Below are positions 37,369 through 46,812 of a stretch of 64,000 nucleotides of DNA, piece by piece (the stretch's first letter is position 1; each line of letters opens with the position of its first letter). A program made the position numbers and the translations under genes. Below the pieces are notes generated by a model. The model did no database searches, had not been told where the DNA came from, and was given only the letters and a program-made list of their open reading frames with translations. Location: the NCBI GenBank assembly GCA_046329875.1, contig JAXLTT010000001.1, positions 205,619 to 269,618 on the forward strand, written 5' to 3'. This stretch comes from Bacteroidales bacterium. Lineage in GTDB: Bacteria; Bacteroidota; Bacteroidia; Bacteroidales; VadinHA17.

Positions 37369-38160
37369 CTATTTACCTGCGCCAAAAAGTTCCTTATGCA
37401 GGTTATCAAGTACCTCAAGACTTACTTCATCCGACTTAGGATCATCGGTACCATCATACTCGAATGGATCATCCATATCCTTAATCAGGAAAAGTATTGA
37501 GAAGATTACAAAAGCAAAGATACTTACAATGATCAATCCGCCCCACCATGGTTCAACCTTCAGGAGACAATATACCACGAGGAAGATTGCTGAAATCGCC
37601 TGGATACTTACAAAAACAGATGGAACAAAATCAGTTGATTTAATTACACTGATCCTGTTGACATTTTTCTTAAGGCTTGCAAGTTCCACCTTGATCCTGC
37701 TTATATAATTAACAACTGCTCCTTCTTTGCCAAGCTCAACAATGTCCTCTGATATTGAATCGAATAGCTTCTGCATCTTATCGTTATTCTTAATAAAGAA
37801 ATCGTCTTTAAGAACAGGGACGAAGGTCCGTAGCTTGTCCATCAGATTATCGGCTGATTTCAGTCCTGATACCTTTCTTATAAAGTCAGTCTCCTGCCAG
37901 ATTGCAAAAAGTGATGCCGCCATTTCATTCGGGATCTTCTCACTCTCCTTATAATCGGTGACAACCCCAGCTAGCAGGAAACCAAGAAGAAAAATAATGC
38001 CTGTAAGGATGCTGGGAAAAAAGGCTGACATCTCCTTCGGGATAAGTTCCCAGCCAAGAAAGTGTATGCCTGTTTTAAGAAGTGCTATCACTGCTATCAC
38101 CGGCAATACTGAAAACATAAGATGATACCTGCTTTTACTGATTTTCTTAAATAGACTCAT
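37369..38160 (-). CDS. Integral membrane protein (family uncertain, DUF4239- or bestrophin-like layout)
   Basis: 263 aa with two N-terminal and two C-terminal hydrophobic helices around a helical soluble segment. Confidence 0.65.
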   Translation of the reverse strand: MSLFKKISKSRYHLMFSVLPVIAVIALLKTGIHFLGWELIPKEMSAFFPSILTGIIFLLGFLLAGVVTDYKESEKIPNEMAASLFAIWQETDFIRKVSGLKSADNLMDKLRTFVPVLKDDFFIKNNDKMQKLFDSISEDIVELGKEGAVVNYISRIKVELASLKKNVNRISVIKSTDFVPSVFVSIQAISAIFLVVYCLLKVEPWWGGLIIVSIFAFVIFSILFLIKDMDDPFEYDGTDDPKSDEVSLEVLDNLHKELFGAGK

Positions 38161-38267
38161 TTTTACTCTTATTAAAGTTGTTTTTCAGGGCGCAAAAATA
38201 AAAAAATGCCCGAAATATACCATTTGATAACGAAGCAGGCTAAGTAAAAATATAGGTGAATGCCGGG

Positions 38268-39689
38268 CTAGTCTTCTTCGAAGAACTCATTTCTGAAATT
38301 CACAAGGTAGAGCCTGCTGCTGGCCCTTGTAAGTGCCGTGTAAAGCCATCTCAGGTAGTCAATTGTAACTTCCTGGCTGTTGAACATACCCTGGTCAACA
38401 AAGACCCTCTCCCACTGTCCTCCCTGTGCCTTGTGACAGGTAACTGCATATGAAAATTTGATCTGCAGTGCATTGAAATAGGGATCACTTTTTACAGCAT
38501 CAAACTGCTTTCTCTTCGTCTTTAAATTCGAATAATCAGCGAGCACATTATTAAACAGCTCTCTCTGTCTTTCGGCGGGAAGAGACGGAGTATCAAGATG
38601 CAGTACATCAAGCAGCACCTTTGATTCAACTTCATAGTTGTAATCTCCAAACCTGAGAAGCATTTCGGCGAAACGGAAACCATAGCGTTCCTCGTATTTC
38701 CTTATTCTCCTGATCTCTGCGATATCGCCGTTTGCAATGAAACCAGGTCCCTGCTCATCATTCTCAGTAAGGGAGTAGTTATTCTTCACAACCATCACAA
38801 GGTCGCCGGCACTGATTTCCTCTTCCCTGAAGAATATCCTGTTCCGGATTCCCTGGTTAAAACGGTTCGCCTGCTTGTTTGAGTTTACTACTATTATTGT
38901 ACCGTCGACGCCGCAGGTTGAGTATGACGATGATATTTCTTCAATAATATCTTCTCCGCCAATCCTTATTATGTCCTTAAATTCATTTATTGAGATCCTT
39001 GGCTTTGAGAGATCGCCGTCAGCCACCTGCTGCCTTATTGAAGTAGCATTCATCAAAATACCGGAGTCCATGCTCTGCCTGACTACTTCCCTCAGTTCAG
39101 CTGTAATAATTCCGAACCCGTACTCGCCCAGCATTGCCGGGTCGAGTGCAGGGCTAAGCATTGAGCCTACAGGCGGAAGCTGTGCAGTGTCACCGACTAT
39201 TATCAGTTTACATCCTGTCCCGGAATAAATATATTCTACAAGGTCGTCAAGAAGCTTACCGCTTCCGAACAATGATACTTCACTTACACTGTTTGAAACC
39301 ATCGAGGCTTCATCAACAATAAAATATGTCTCTTTAAGCAGGTTCCTGTCGAGGATAAAGCTACCCATGCCGTCCTTAACCGATTTCTGCCTGTATATCT
39401 TTTTGTGAATTGTAAATGCCTGCTTGCCTGTAAAACCTGACAGAACCTTTGCAGCTCTTCCCGTAGGTGCCAGAAGAACTGATTTCATCCTGAGGCTGTC
39501 TAGTGTTTTTACCACAGAACTAATCAGGGTTGTTTTCCCTGTACCGGCATAACCTGTAAGGAGGAATATCACATCGTTTGTATTCTCACAGATAAAGGAC
39601 GACAGTTTCTTCATTGCATCTGACTGGTCATCAGTCGGAGCAATGCCAAGGTTTTTGACCATATTGTTGAAAATAAGCGTCTCCCTCAT
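38268..39689 (-). CDS. SF1 ATP-dependent DNA helicase, RecD/Pif1-like
   Basis: 473 aa with Walker A GYAGTGKTT, DEASMV, and the C-terminal HKAQGGQWERVFV (UvrD_C_2-like). Confidence 0.85.
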   Translation of the reverse strand: MRETLIFNNMVKNLGIAPTDDQSDAMKKLSSFICENTNDVIFLLTGYAGTGKTTLISSVVKTLDSLRMKSVLLAPTGRAAKVLSGFTGKQAFTIHKKIYRQKSVKDGMGSFILDRNLLKETYFIVDEASMVSNSVSEVSLFGSGKLLDDLVEYIYSGTGCKLIIVGDTAQLPPVGSMLSPALDPAMLGEYGFGIITAELREVVRQSMDSGILMNATSIRQQVADGDLSKPRISINEFKDIIRIGGEDIIEEISSSYSTCGVDGTIIVVNSNKQANRFNQGIRNRIFFREEEISAGDLVMVVKNNYSLTENDEQGPGFIANGDIAEIRRIRKYEERYGFRFAEMLLRFGDYNYEVESKVLLDVLHLDTPSLPAERQRELFNNVLADYSNLKTKRKQFDAVKSDPYFNALQIKFSYAVTCHKAQGGQWERVFVDQGMFNSQEVTIDYLRWLYTALTRASSRLYLVNFRNEFFEED

Positions 39690-39738
39690 CTTTATCCGCT
39701 ATAATCGTTCCTGTTGTAAACATAAGCAATCTTTGACT

Positions 39739-39746
39739 TATATTTG
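39739..39746 (+). promoter_or_regulatory. Putative -7 promoter box (TAnnTTTG) for the DUF3822 gene
   Basis: TATATTTG lies 19 nt upstream of the ATG at 39765. Confidence 0.4.
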
Positions 39747-39764
39747 TATAAATAGTAGCGGGGC

Positions 39765-40607
39765 ATGCCTTTGAAAGAACTGTTCGACGAGACACTTGAT
39801 ATAAACGCAACTCAGAACTACGAACTGACTGTTGAGATGGAAGCTCATTCGCTTTCATTCTGTATTCTTGATGGGATCCGCAACAAATTCATAATGTTCA
39901 GGTCATATGTGCCTGACAACCACAAGAAATTCACACCCGATCAGCTGCGTGAAATAATGTATAAGGATGATTTCCTTGGAAAAAGTTACAGGGCTATAAG
40001 GGCAATTCTCCCGTCTTCCAGGTTCACAATGATACCAACAGCCCTGTATGATCCGGGGAAAAAGGAAGAATATTTTGGATACAACCACCCTGCTGAGGAG
40101 AGCAGCATAATTCTTACAGACAGGCTTTCGGATCCTGACTCATGGCTTCTGTTCTCGGTATTCAGGCCATTCTCTGAAATAATATCAGAGAAATGGTCAC
40201 TTGTTGTTCCCCAGCATCACCTTAGACCGCTGTTTTGCCAGGTTAACCAGGAAAGAAAACATTACAGCGGGTTTTATATTCATGCACATATTGAGCCTGA
40301 TTTTTTCAATCTATTAATTTTTGGTGAAAATACACTGCTGCTTGCCAACAGCTACCAGTACAGGAATGCAACAGACATTATGTATCATATCCTGAACGCG
40401 TTCCGTATTATTGGCATAAAGCAGGAAGAGACTATCGTTCTCAGCGGGCATACAGACAGGTTTGATGATCTCTCCTCGAACCTTATGATGTATATAAGGA
40501 ATGTTAAGTTCATTAATTTCTCTGGCAGCCAGACATTCAGTTATGTTTTCAACGACATACCTGTTCACAGGTATATTAACCTATTTTCAGCAGGAAATTG
40601 CGAATAA
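39765..40607 (+). CDS. DUF3822 family protein
   Basis: 280 aa. The assignment rests on sequence gestalt and its conserved position upstream of rsmD in Bacteroidota, recalled from memory. Confidence 0.7.
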   Translation: MPLKELFDETLDINATQNYELTVEMEAHSLSFCILDGIRNKFIMFRSYVPDNHKKFTPDQLREIMYKDDFLGKSYRAIRAILPSSRFTMIPTALYDPGKKEEYFGYNHPAEESSIILTDRLSDPDSWLLFSVFRPFSEIISEKWSLVVPQHHLRPLFCQVNQERKHYSGFYIHAHIEPDFFNLLIFGENTLLLANSYQYRNATDIMYHILNAFRIIGIKQEETIVLSGHTDRFDDLSSNLMMYIRNVKFINFSGSQTFSYVFNDIPVHRYINLFSAGNCE

Positions 40608-41128
40608 TAAGCGGTAAATACAGGGGCAAACAAATAAACCCTCCGGCTGGCTTCAGTGCAAGGCCAACAACAGATTTCGCCAGGGAGAGTCTCTTTAATA
40701 TCCTTGTGAACCGTGTTGACTTCGAGGCTATTTCGGTACTGGATCTCTTTTCGGGAACAGGGAGTATAAGTTATGAGTTTGCTTCAAGGGGAAGCACCGA
40801 CATACACCTTGTTGAACAGGATCCGAGAAACATAAAGTTTATAAGGAAGATGATTTCCGAAATGAAGCTTGAAGGTGTCAAAGCCCTTCACATTGATACT
40901 AAGTCCTTCCTCAAAACATGCACTTATAAATATGACCTTGTTTTTGCAGATCCACCTTATGATCTGTCATGGCTAAATGAAATACCCGGACTTGTAATAG
41001 ATGCCGGGATATTAAAAGAAGAAGGTATTTTTATCCTCGAACATCCGAGAGACTATTCTTTCAGATCCCATCCTTCATTCTTTGAACACAGGAATTACGG
41101 ATCTGTGAACTTCAGTTTTTTCAGATAA
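40598..41128 (+). CDS. rsmD: 16S rRNA (guanine966-N2)-methyltransferase
   Basis: 176 aa with MRIISGKYRGK, RPTTD, DLFSGTGS and ADPPY. Confidence 0.9.
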   Translation: MRIISGKYRGKQINPPAGFSARPTTDFARESLFNILVNRVDFEAISVLDLFSGTGSISYEFASRGSTDIHLVEQDPRNIKFIRKMISEMKLEGVKALHIDTKSFLKTCTYKYDLVFADPPYDLSWLNEIPGLVIDAGILKEEGIFILEHPRDYSFRSHPSFFEHRNYGSVNFSFFR

Positions 41129-41365
41129 AATATATCTGATTCAGAATCATTTTCCTAAATTTGGTAAACCGGTAAACTGAAGTTCTTTATGAAGAAGGAC
41201 ATCTTTATACTTGAGTTTATAAAAAGTTTCCCTTTCAAAGCCCTGATCCTGCTTGTTCTTTTTATTGTACTGGGTGTAACAGTATCTAAATGCAGGGAAA
41301 AGAAGGTTCAGATGAAAGAAGATGTTCTTTATATACATCCGAAACCTAAGCTTTGAGCTCTCCTG

Positions 41366-43384
41366 TTATTCTTTCACAAGTTTCCTTACAAATGTACCTC
41401 CTAAGGTTGTTATTTTCATATAATAGATGCCTGGTTTGAGGTCGCCTGCAGGCACGCTGCTTATAGTTGTGTTAGGTGCTGCAGTTCTTATAAGTACACC
41501 GGTAACATTGTAAAGTTCGATCCTTAGTTGAGGTTCCTTTGACCTCACAGTCACATTTTCACCAGCAGGCACCGGGTATATTGATATCCCTCCCTCATCC
41601 GGCAATTCGGGTGTGGATACTACCGAGTTGTAAGTTGCTGTCCAGTTTACAGGCTCATTATTATCAAGTGCCAGGTCATTCAGCTCCAGGAAGGCACCAT
41701 TACCGTCGGCATCAGGCCATGGCAGTGTATCTGAATACTTTACATAATCAACAATATCTCCGAATGGGCTTGCCAGTTCAAGTTTCTCTCCCCCGTTTGA
41801 AAGACTACGTGTGAATTCGCCTGATGGATTTGTGCCATATTTCTGCTTAAATGCGAGGGCATTGCTTGCAAGTATTTTTGTACCGTGCGGACCAACAACA
41901 GAGTAAGGAGGGAAAACATAGGTAAAACCTGTACCTGCGAAGTAGTATCCTGAAAGATTAATGATCTTATCGCTATTGTTTGTTATTTCAAGAAACTCAT
42001 AGTCTTTGGGATTAGGGAAGGCAGGCAGTGAATCGGGATGGTACATGATCTTTGAAATAACCAGGTTCGGGTTTTCAAGGGCCGGGCATCCGCCACTTAC
42101 CGCCATATTCACATTCATCCATGATATCCTGTTGTTTATCCAGGATTTCATGTCAGATATGCCACTGGCCATGTCAGCGCCGTTGCCCCACAGAAAATTA
42201 TTCCTATCAGTTGCCTCAGTGATAAGGATTGCTGTATTGTCAATAAGACTGAAAACAGAGTCGGCAGACAATACACCTCCTGGACCAATAAGCTCATTCC
42301 ATCTTCTTATAAAAGCACATCTGAATGGTTTGCTGTCGAAAAGGTCGGTCCAGAATTTTGGCCCCTGGTTATCACCGTTCTTAAATTGCCAGACACTGGC
42401 CCAGCTCCTGTCGAAGTTCCATAAGAAAAGGTCGTTTCCGAATGTAAGGTCACTGTCCCATATTGGTCCTGCCCTCAGTTTCCCGCTCCTGTCTTTATGA
42501 AAATATGTGCTTATCTGGTAGTTATCTGCATTTGATGAGAACTCTGTTATAATCATATAATCAATGAACGACCTGACATCGATTACAGAAGGGTAACCAG
42601 TCTCAACCGAGTAATCCCTGTTCGCTGTGGTTTCCACCAGGTCAAAAAACTGGTTACGGATATAGTTTTGTTGCTGGGGGATAATATCTTCAAGAGCAGG
42701 GTCGACATTCACAAATGGAACACTTTGACCATTCATGTAACTATCAAGTATGAACACTGCTGCCCCCCTGTCAGCTTTCATTATGTACCCCCCGGTTAGG
42801 TTAGGCATAAAGAAATCGGATTTTGAAAGGTTTGCAATATTCACCCGTTCACCTCCCCTTTTTACTTTTTCCTGGAGAAGATAAAGTCCGGTGTAAGTAC
42901 CATTCAGAATAAGTTCACAATAAGCTGTACGCGAAGCATACTCGCCTATCTTTCGTGAAAGGTTATAGCAGAGATAGTCGCGTATCATGAGAGGATCCCA
43001 TCCCATTCCGTTCAACACCCAGTCATTATCTTTTGGAAAGCCAAGCAGTTTTACATTATCTTCTGCCGTGTCGCCTGGATGGAACGTGGAAAAACCATAT
43101 TGCTTTTTATTCAAAACCTGTGAACTGGAGCCTCTCAATTCGATTGCAATCCTCCCGTTATAATCGAGATATGCAAGACTGTCGGCGTCTGTCAGGTAAT
43201 TCCTTTTTCCTTCTCCCCTGTTAATGATCTTCATATTGGCAAAAATCCTTGGCTGGTCGAGAACCGGCATGCCACCGTCAGTATTGATTATGACAATTGG
43301 CAGGTTGCTGCTTGTTAAAGCCTGAGAAAATGTATTAATACAGATCAGCAGTGCAAAGGCAGATAAGAGAGATATTTGTTTCAT
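41366..43384 (-). CDS. CotH kinase family protein with a lamin-tail-like domain and a T9SS C-terminal sorting domain
   Basis: The likely start is MKQISLLSAF (a signal peptide) at 43384. A CotH-like core is followed by an LTD-like segment (EFLEITNNSDKIINLSGY) and a C-terminal ISIYPVPAGENVTV...GIYYMKITT... sorting-domain pattern. Confidence 0.82.
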   Translation of the reverse strand: MKQISLLSAFALLICINTFSQALTSSNLPIVIINTDGGMPVLDQPRIFANMKIINRGEGKRNYLTDADSLAYLDYNGRIAIELRGSSSQVLNKKQYGFSTFHPGDTAEDNVKLLGFPKDNDWVLNGMGWDPLMIRDYLCYNLSRKIGEYASRTAYCELILNGTYTGLYLLQEKVKRGGERVNIANLSKSDFFMPNLTGGYIMKADRGAAVFILDSYMNGQSVPFVNVDPALEDIIPQQQNYIRNQFFDLVETTANRDYSVETGYPSVIDVRSFIDYMIITEFSSNADNYQISTYFHKDRSGKLRAGPIWDSDLTFGNDLFLWNFDRSWASVWQFKNGDNQGPKFWTDLFDSKPFRCAFIRRWNELIGPGGVLSADSVFSLIDNTAILITEATDRNNFLWGNGADMASGISDMKSWINNRISWMNVNMAVSGGCPALENPNLVISKIMYHPDSLPAFPNPKDYEFLEITNNSDKIINLSGYYFAGTGFTYVFPPYSVVGPHGTKILASNALAFKQKYGTNPSGEFTRSLSNGGEKLELASPFGDIVDYVKYSDTLPWPDADGNGAFLELNDLALDNNEPVNWTATYNSVVSTPELPDEGGISIYPVPAGENVTVRSKEPQLRIELYNVTGVLIRTAAPNTTISSVPAGDLKPGIYYMKITTLGGTFVRKLVKE

Positions 43385-43446
43385 TGGGGAATCCGAAAGA
43401 TGCAAAAATAGGAAGATTACTGTAACGTGCTGCAACTAAAAACATG

Positions 43447-44997
43447 TTATTGCTTTTCTCTTGTTGAAGGATTTACAATCACTTCGTCACACATTATCTT
43501 CATGCCTGCTGAGTTTATACAGTAAACCCTTATATATCTAGATCTTATCGTTATCGGACCTGAATAAGCAAGGTCGATCCAGCAATCGTAGCGGTCGGGC
43601 AAATAATTATCCATTCTGACAGTTACAGGAGAGGTGAAATTCTGCCCGTCAGCTGAAAATGAGAATTCGACAGTCGATGGGAAAGCTATTGAATGTTTCC
43701 TGTATGTAAGGAATCTTGTGGCTACAGAACGGATATCAACCTCTTTCTTCATATCAACAACAAAGATCATGTCACCTTTTTCATTTATTACCCAGTTTTT
43801 ATCAGATGTGCTTTCCACACCGAATTTCCCATCTGTAAGCAATCCGGCGCCTGTTGATGCAGACTCCCTGCCTGTAAATGTTACAGTCATACCTTTTGCT
43901 TCATTGGAAAGAAGGTTCAGAAATGTAGCTTCAAGGATACTCCAACGGCCTTTGCCGGATAACCAGTCCATATAATCCTTCCACGCAGTTCTTGAAAGTT
44001 CCGGTTCACCTATCGGGAAAGCTGATCCGGGCTTGTCGAATATTCCGCAGATCGCAAAGCTGGATACCTCATCGACCTTAGCGGCAGAGGCTCCGCAGAT
44101 TTGTGACAGATACCTTGGGAACGGGGCAGGGATAAGTGCTGATGGCCTGGTATTGAGCCCTTTTTCCCATGTAAATGCCTCGTTATTTGACCAGAATGCA
44201 ATGCCTGTCTTGTCATGCACTTCTCTCAACTTCATGAAGTTTTCCTTAAGGTGTGGAATCGGCATATCCTCTACAACGCATCCTATCTCGTCCTGGTAAG
44301 CTATAATATCAACTTTAAGTTTTGCAATCTGTTCTGCGAACCTGCCATCATCAAATTTTGCCATCCTTAATCCGTATGGTGATATCATTACTTTTGCACC
44401 GGGAGTGAGTTTCCTTGCTTCTGAAGCCAGTTCATTTGCGGCATTAACAGCCCTTTCAGAGAGGAAGGGCCCTACAACATCCTCGCATGGCAGGTACCAG
44501 CCATAGAATGATTTATGTTTCGAATACAGACCAGCAGTTTCCTTCATTATTTTAAGCTGCACTGAACGGATTTCAGGGAGTGCAGGATTGTCGTCCTGGT
44601 CTTTGGCCCAGCCGGAGCTCATGAATACCTTCATCCCAAGCTCATCTGCGCTCTTCATTATGACATCCACAGGGCTTGGTATTCCATCCTTGTATGCATG
44701 GGGCATGAAGTTTGAATTATAGAAAGATCTGCCGTTGTTCGCAACATACATAAGGATCACATATTTTATCCCGAATTCATTGAGTTCAGACATCTTGGTC
44801 TTCCAGAGCTCAGGATTTGTCATGTCTGTTCCGAAGGGATTCATGTATTTATTTCTCTCGTCCTGGTATTCGAAATTTATCCAGGTAGCCCTTACTGGAT
44901 TAGCCAGGGGTTGTGAGGACAGAGAGGCGGGATGAAGAAGCAATGAGGAGCACAGGGTAAAACCTGTTAATAGTGTGGATACTGATATTCTTTTCAT
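43447..44997 (-). CDS. DUF4434-like (glycoside-hydrolase-like TIM barrel) protein with a C-terminal discoidin/F5-8 type C-like domain
   Basis: The start is set at the ATG at 44997 (MKRISVSTLLTGF, a signal peptide). The track ORF continues upstream only because it reads antisense through tRNA-Asp. Confidence 0.78.
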   Translation of the reverse strand: MKRISVSTLLTGFTLCSSLLLHPASLSSQPLANPVRATWINFEYQDERNKYMNPFGTDMTNPELWKTKMSELNEFGIKYVILMYVANNGRSFYNSNFMPHAYKDGIPSPVDVIMKSADELGMKVFMSSGWAKDQDDNPALPEIRSVQLKIMKETAGLYSKHKSFYGWYLPCEDVVGPFLSERAVNAANELASEARKLTPGAKVMISPYGLRMAKFDDGRFAEQIAKLKVDIIAYQDEIGCVVEDMPIPHLKENFMKLREVHDKTGIAFWSNNEAFTWEKGLNTRPSALIPAPFPRYLSQICGASAAKVDEVSSFAICGIFDKPGSAFPIGEPELSRTAWKDYMDWLSGKGRWSILEATFLNLLSNEAKGMTVTFTGRESASTGAGLLTDGKFGVESTSDKNWVINEKGDMIFVVDMKKEVDIRSVATRFLTYRKHSIAFPSTVEFSFSADGQNFTSPVTVRMDNYLPDRYDCWIDLAYSGPITIRSRYIRVYCINSAGMKIMCDEVIVNPSTREKQ

Positions 44998-45165
44998 TTT
45001 ATAAAACGGGTCGTTTGACGAATGATTTAAAGATATAAAATCCGGCATATAGAAGGTCAAGGCAGAATAAATATAGTCTGAAGAGTTATAGGCTGCCCGA
45101 TAAATTTTGGACGATTTATTTTGGATAAAGAAAATTTCGATTAATTTTGCATCGCATTTAAAAAT

Positions 45166-45239
45166 GGTGCGGTAGTTCAGTTGGTTAGAATATCGGCCTG
45201 TCACGCCGGGGGTCGCGGGTTCGAGTCCCGTCCGCACCG
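45166..45239 (+). tRNA. tRNA-Asp (GTC)
   Basis: A manual cloverleaf fits: acceptor GGTGCGG/CCGCACC, anticodon stem TCGGC/GCCGG, loop CTGTCAC, and T arm GCGGG-TTCGAGT-CCCGT. 74 nt in total. Confidence 0.93.
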
Positions 45240-45612
45240 CAAGAGATGCAAAAACCCGAAGAGAGACTTTCGGCTTTTTATTTCCGACCTGCCAAGCTTG
45301 CTTTCATAAAGTGATAGCGAAAATAAAACCTCTTTGACGGCGAAGGTTAAGGGTTTTGCATCTCTTGCAGGGTAACCCGTGGATGAAGTGGTCCGTCCGC
45401 CATTGAAACGAGATGGCTATTCGTTGTTTTTTGGATGCCATTCTGAAAAAAGTATTTCATTGATACACTGAGAATCCTGTCTTTCAGATCATCCATTATA
45501 AAATTTTTAAAGGAGTATTTGCATGTAAACATATGGAAATTTTGAGTATCATCAAAATTTCCGGTATTAATTATTTATTCTCTAATTTTTAATTATCAAA
45601 AACTGAGATGAA

Positions 45613-45647
45613 CAAAAAAAATAAACCCCGGTATATAACCAGGGTTT
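45613..45647 (-). terminator. Intrinsic terminator downstream of the 45674 gene
   Basis: The minus strand reads AAACCCTGG-ttatata-CCGGGGTTT followed by T8. Confidence 0.65.
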
Positions 45648-45673
45648 AACAGTCTTTTCAGGCAGATTGTATA

Positions 45674-46774
45674 TCAGATCAGTATCTGCCTTGCATAAGC
45701 AACACACTTCCCGACCTCTTTAACCGAGTCGGACCATTTGGCAACAGGGTATTCAAGCTCAATATCAGCATACTTTGGCCATCCCTCCTCTTTTGAGTGT
45801 TCTTTCAGCAGGAGCAAAACCTTTGCAAGCGGAGTTTCACCCTGGCCCCATACCTGGTTCTCGTTTGGTGGAGTTGTTTTAGGACCTGTTTTATCTTTAA
45901 TATGTAAGGTATATATGCGCTCGTGGTATTTCTTAATGAAATCAGCCGGGTTAAGTCCGGTCGAACCGAAATAATGACCGCAATCAAAGTTGAGCATTAT
46001 CGATTTGGAAACTGCAAGTATCTCATCGACATTAAACTTAGGATCGGCAAACTGAAAATGATTATGCATTACTGCATACATCCCGTGTTTTTCTGCAAAT
46101 GGAGCAAGTTTTTTTGCAGTATCAAGACCCGATTCATCAGTAATTCCTTTTGCCCCGAGAGCTTTGGCGACCTTGAAAGCATAGTCTATCTCACCGTCAG
46201 ATAAAGAGGAAGGCTGCATTTTGGCTATGTGTATTTCAACACCGGCATCGTTGTACATCTTCCTCAACTCTTCAAATTTTGTCATAGGTACTGAAAGTCT
46301 CCATTTTACCTGTTCATCAGTTGTTCCTATCACGTATGACACGATCATGGGCCAGACATTTTTTTCTACTGTCTTCTTAAAATCCTCAAGTGTCATTTTG
46401 TACTGCTTAGTCAAACCGTCAGCTCGTGCCTGCTGGGCTTCGTTCAGTTTTTCGGGTAATTCGGTTGGTGTCGGTGGCAAGCCTGCATAGGCTTCAACTA
46501 CATCACCCATTAATTCTATTGAACTGATTCCTGCATCCTTGCAATACTGGAGCACCTGTTCAGCCCCGGAAGGCTGATCGCGCCAGCTGTAAGTGATTGC
46601 TCCGATCTGTACACCGCTGAATTTTGAACCGAAGCTTGCCTTTGATACCTTTTCCTCGCCAGCAGGTGAAGCACATGAAGCAACTGGAAGTACTACAATT
46701 GCAGCAGCAGCTGCAGTGGATGTTCCAATGAATTTTCTTCTTGAGAGTGATCCCTGGCTATTATCTTCTTTCAT
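45674..46774 (-). CDS. Tat-exported sugar phosphate isomerase/epimerase (xylose-isomerase-like TIM barrel)
   Basis: 366 aa with the twin-arginine motif SRRKFIG, a lipobox-like VASC, and a TIM-barrel AP-endonuclease-2-like body. Confidence 0.82.
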   Translation of the reverse strand: MKEDNSQGSLSRRKFIGTSTAAAAAIVVLPVASCASPAGEEKVSKASFGSKFSGVQIGAITYSWRDQPSGAEQVLQYCKDAGISSIELMGDVVEAYAGLPPTPTELPEKLNEAQQARADGLTKQYKMTLEDFKKTVEKNVWPMIVSYVIGTTDEQVKWRLSVPMTKFEELRKMYNDAGVEIHIAKMQPSSLSDGEIDYAFKVAKALGAKGITDESGLDTAKKLAPFAEKHGMYAVMHNHFQFADPKFNVDEILAVSKSIMLNFDCGHYFGSTGLNPADFIKKYHERIYTLHIKDKTGPKTTPPNENQVWGQGETPLAKVLLLLKEHSKEEGWPKYADIELEYPVAKWSDSVKEVGKCVAYARQILI

Positions 46775-46812
46775 TTCAGTTGATTTTTAAATTAGTTTAT
46801 GATTGTTAAGTT

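Noticed and set aside
41147-41338. A 63-aa minus-strand ORF between rsmD and the CotH gene
   Set aside because: It is short and AT-rich with no recognisable features, so it is more likely the intergenic or promoter region for the CotH gene.
44998-45237. The 5' extension of the 43447-45237 ORF (MRTGLEPATPGVTGRYSNQLNY...)
   Set aside because: This portion is the antisense reading of tRNA-Asp and its upstream spacer. A signal-peptide-bearing start at 44997 is the sensible gene start.
45385-45405. GTCCGTCCGCC as a duplicated tRNA-Asp 3' end marking an integrated element
   Set aside because: Only about 10 nt match, imperfectly, and there is no integrase or foreign-looking cargo between it and the tRNA.
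45465-45500. A CTGAGA-containing stretch as a possible TPP riboswitch
   Set aside because: The other conserved TPP aptamer elements are absent, and no thiamine gene lies downstream.
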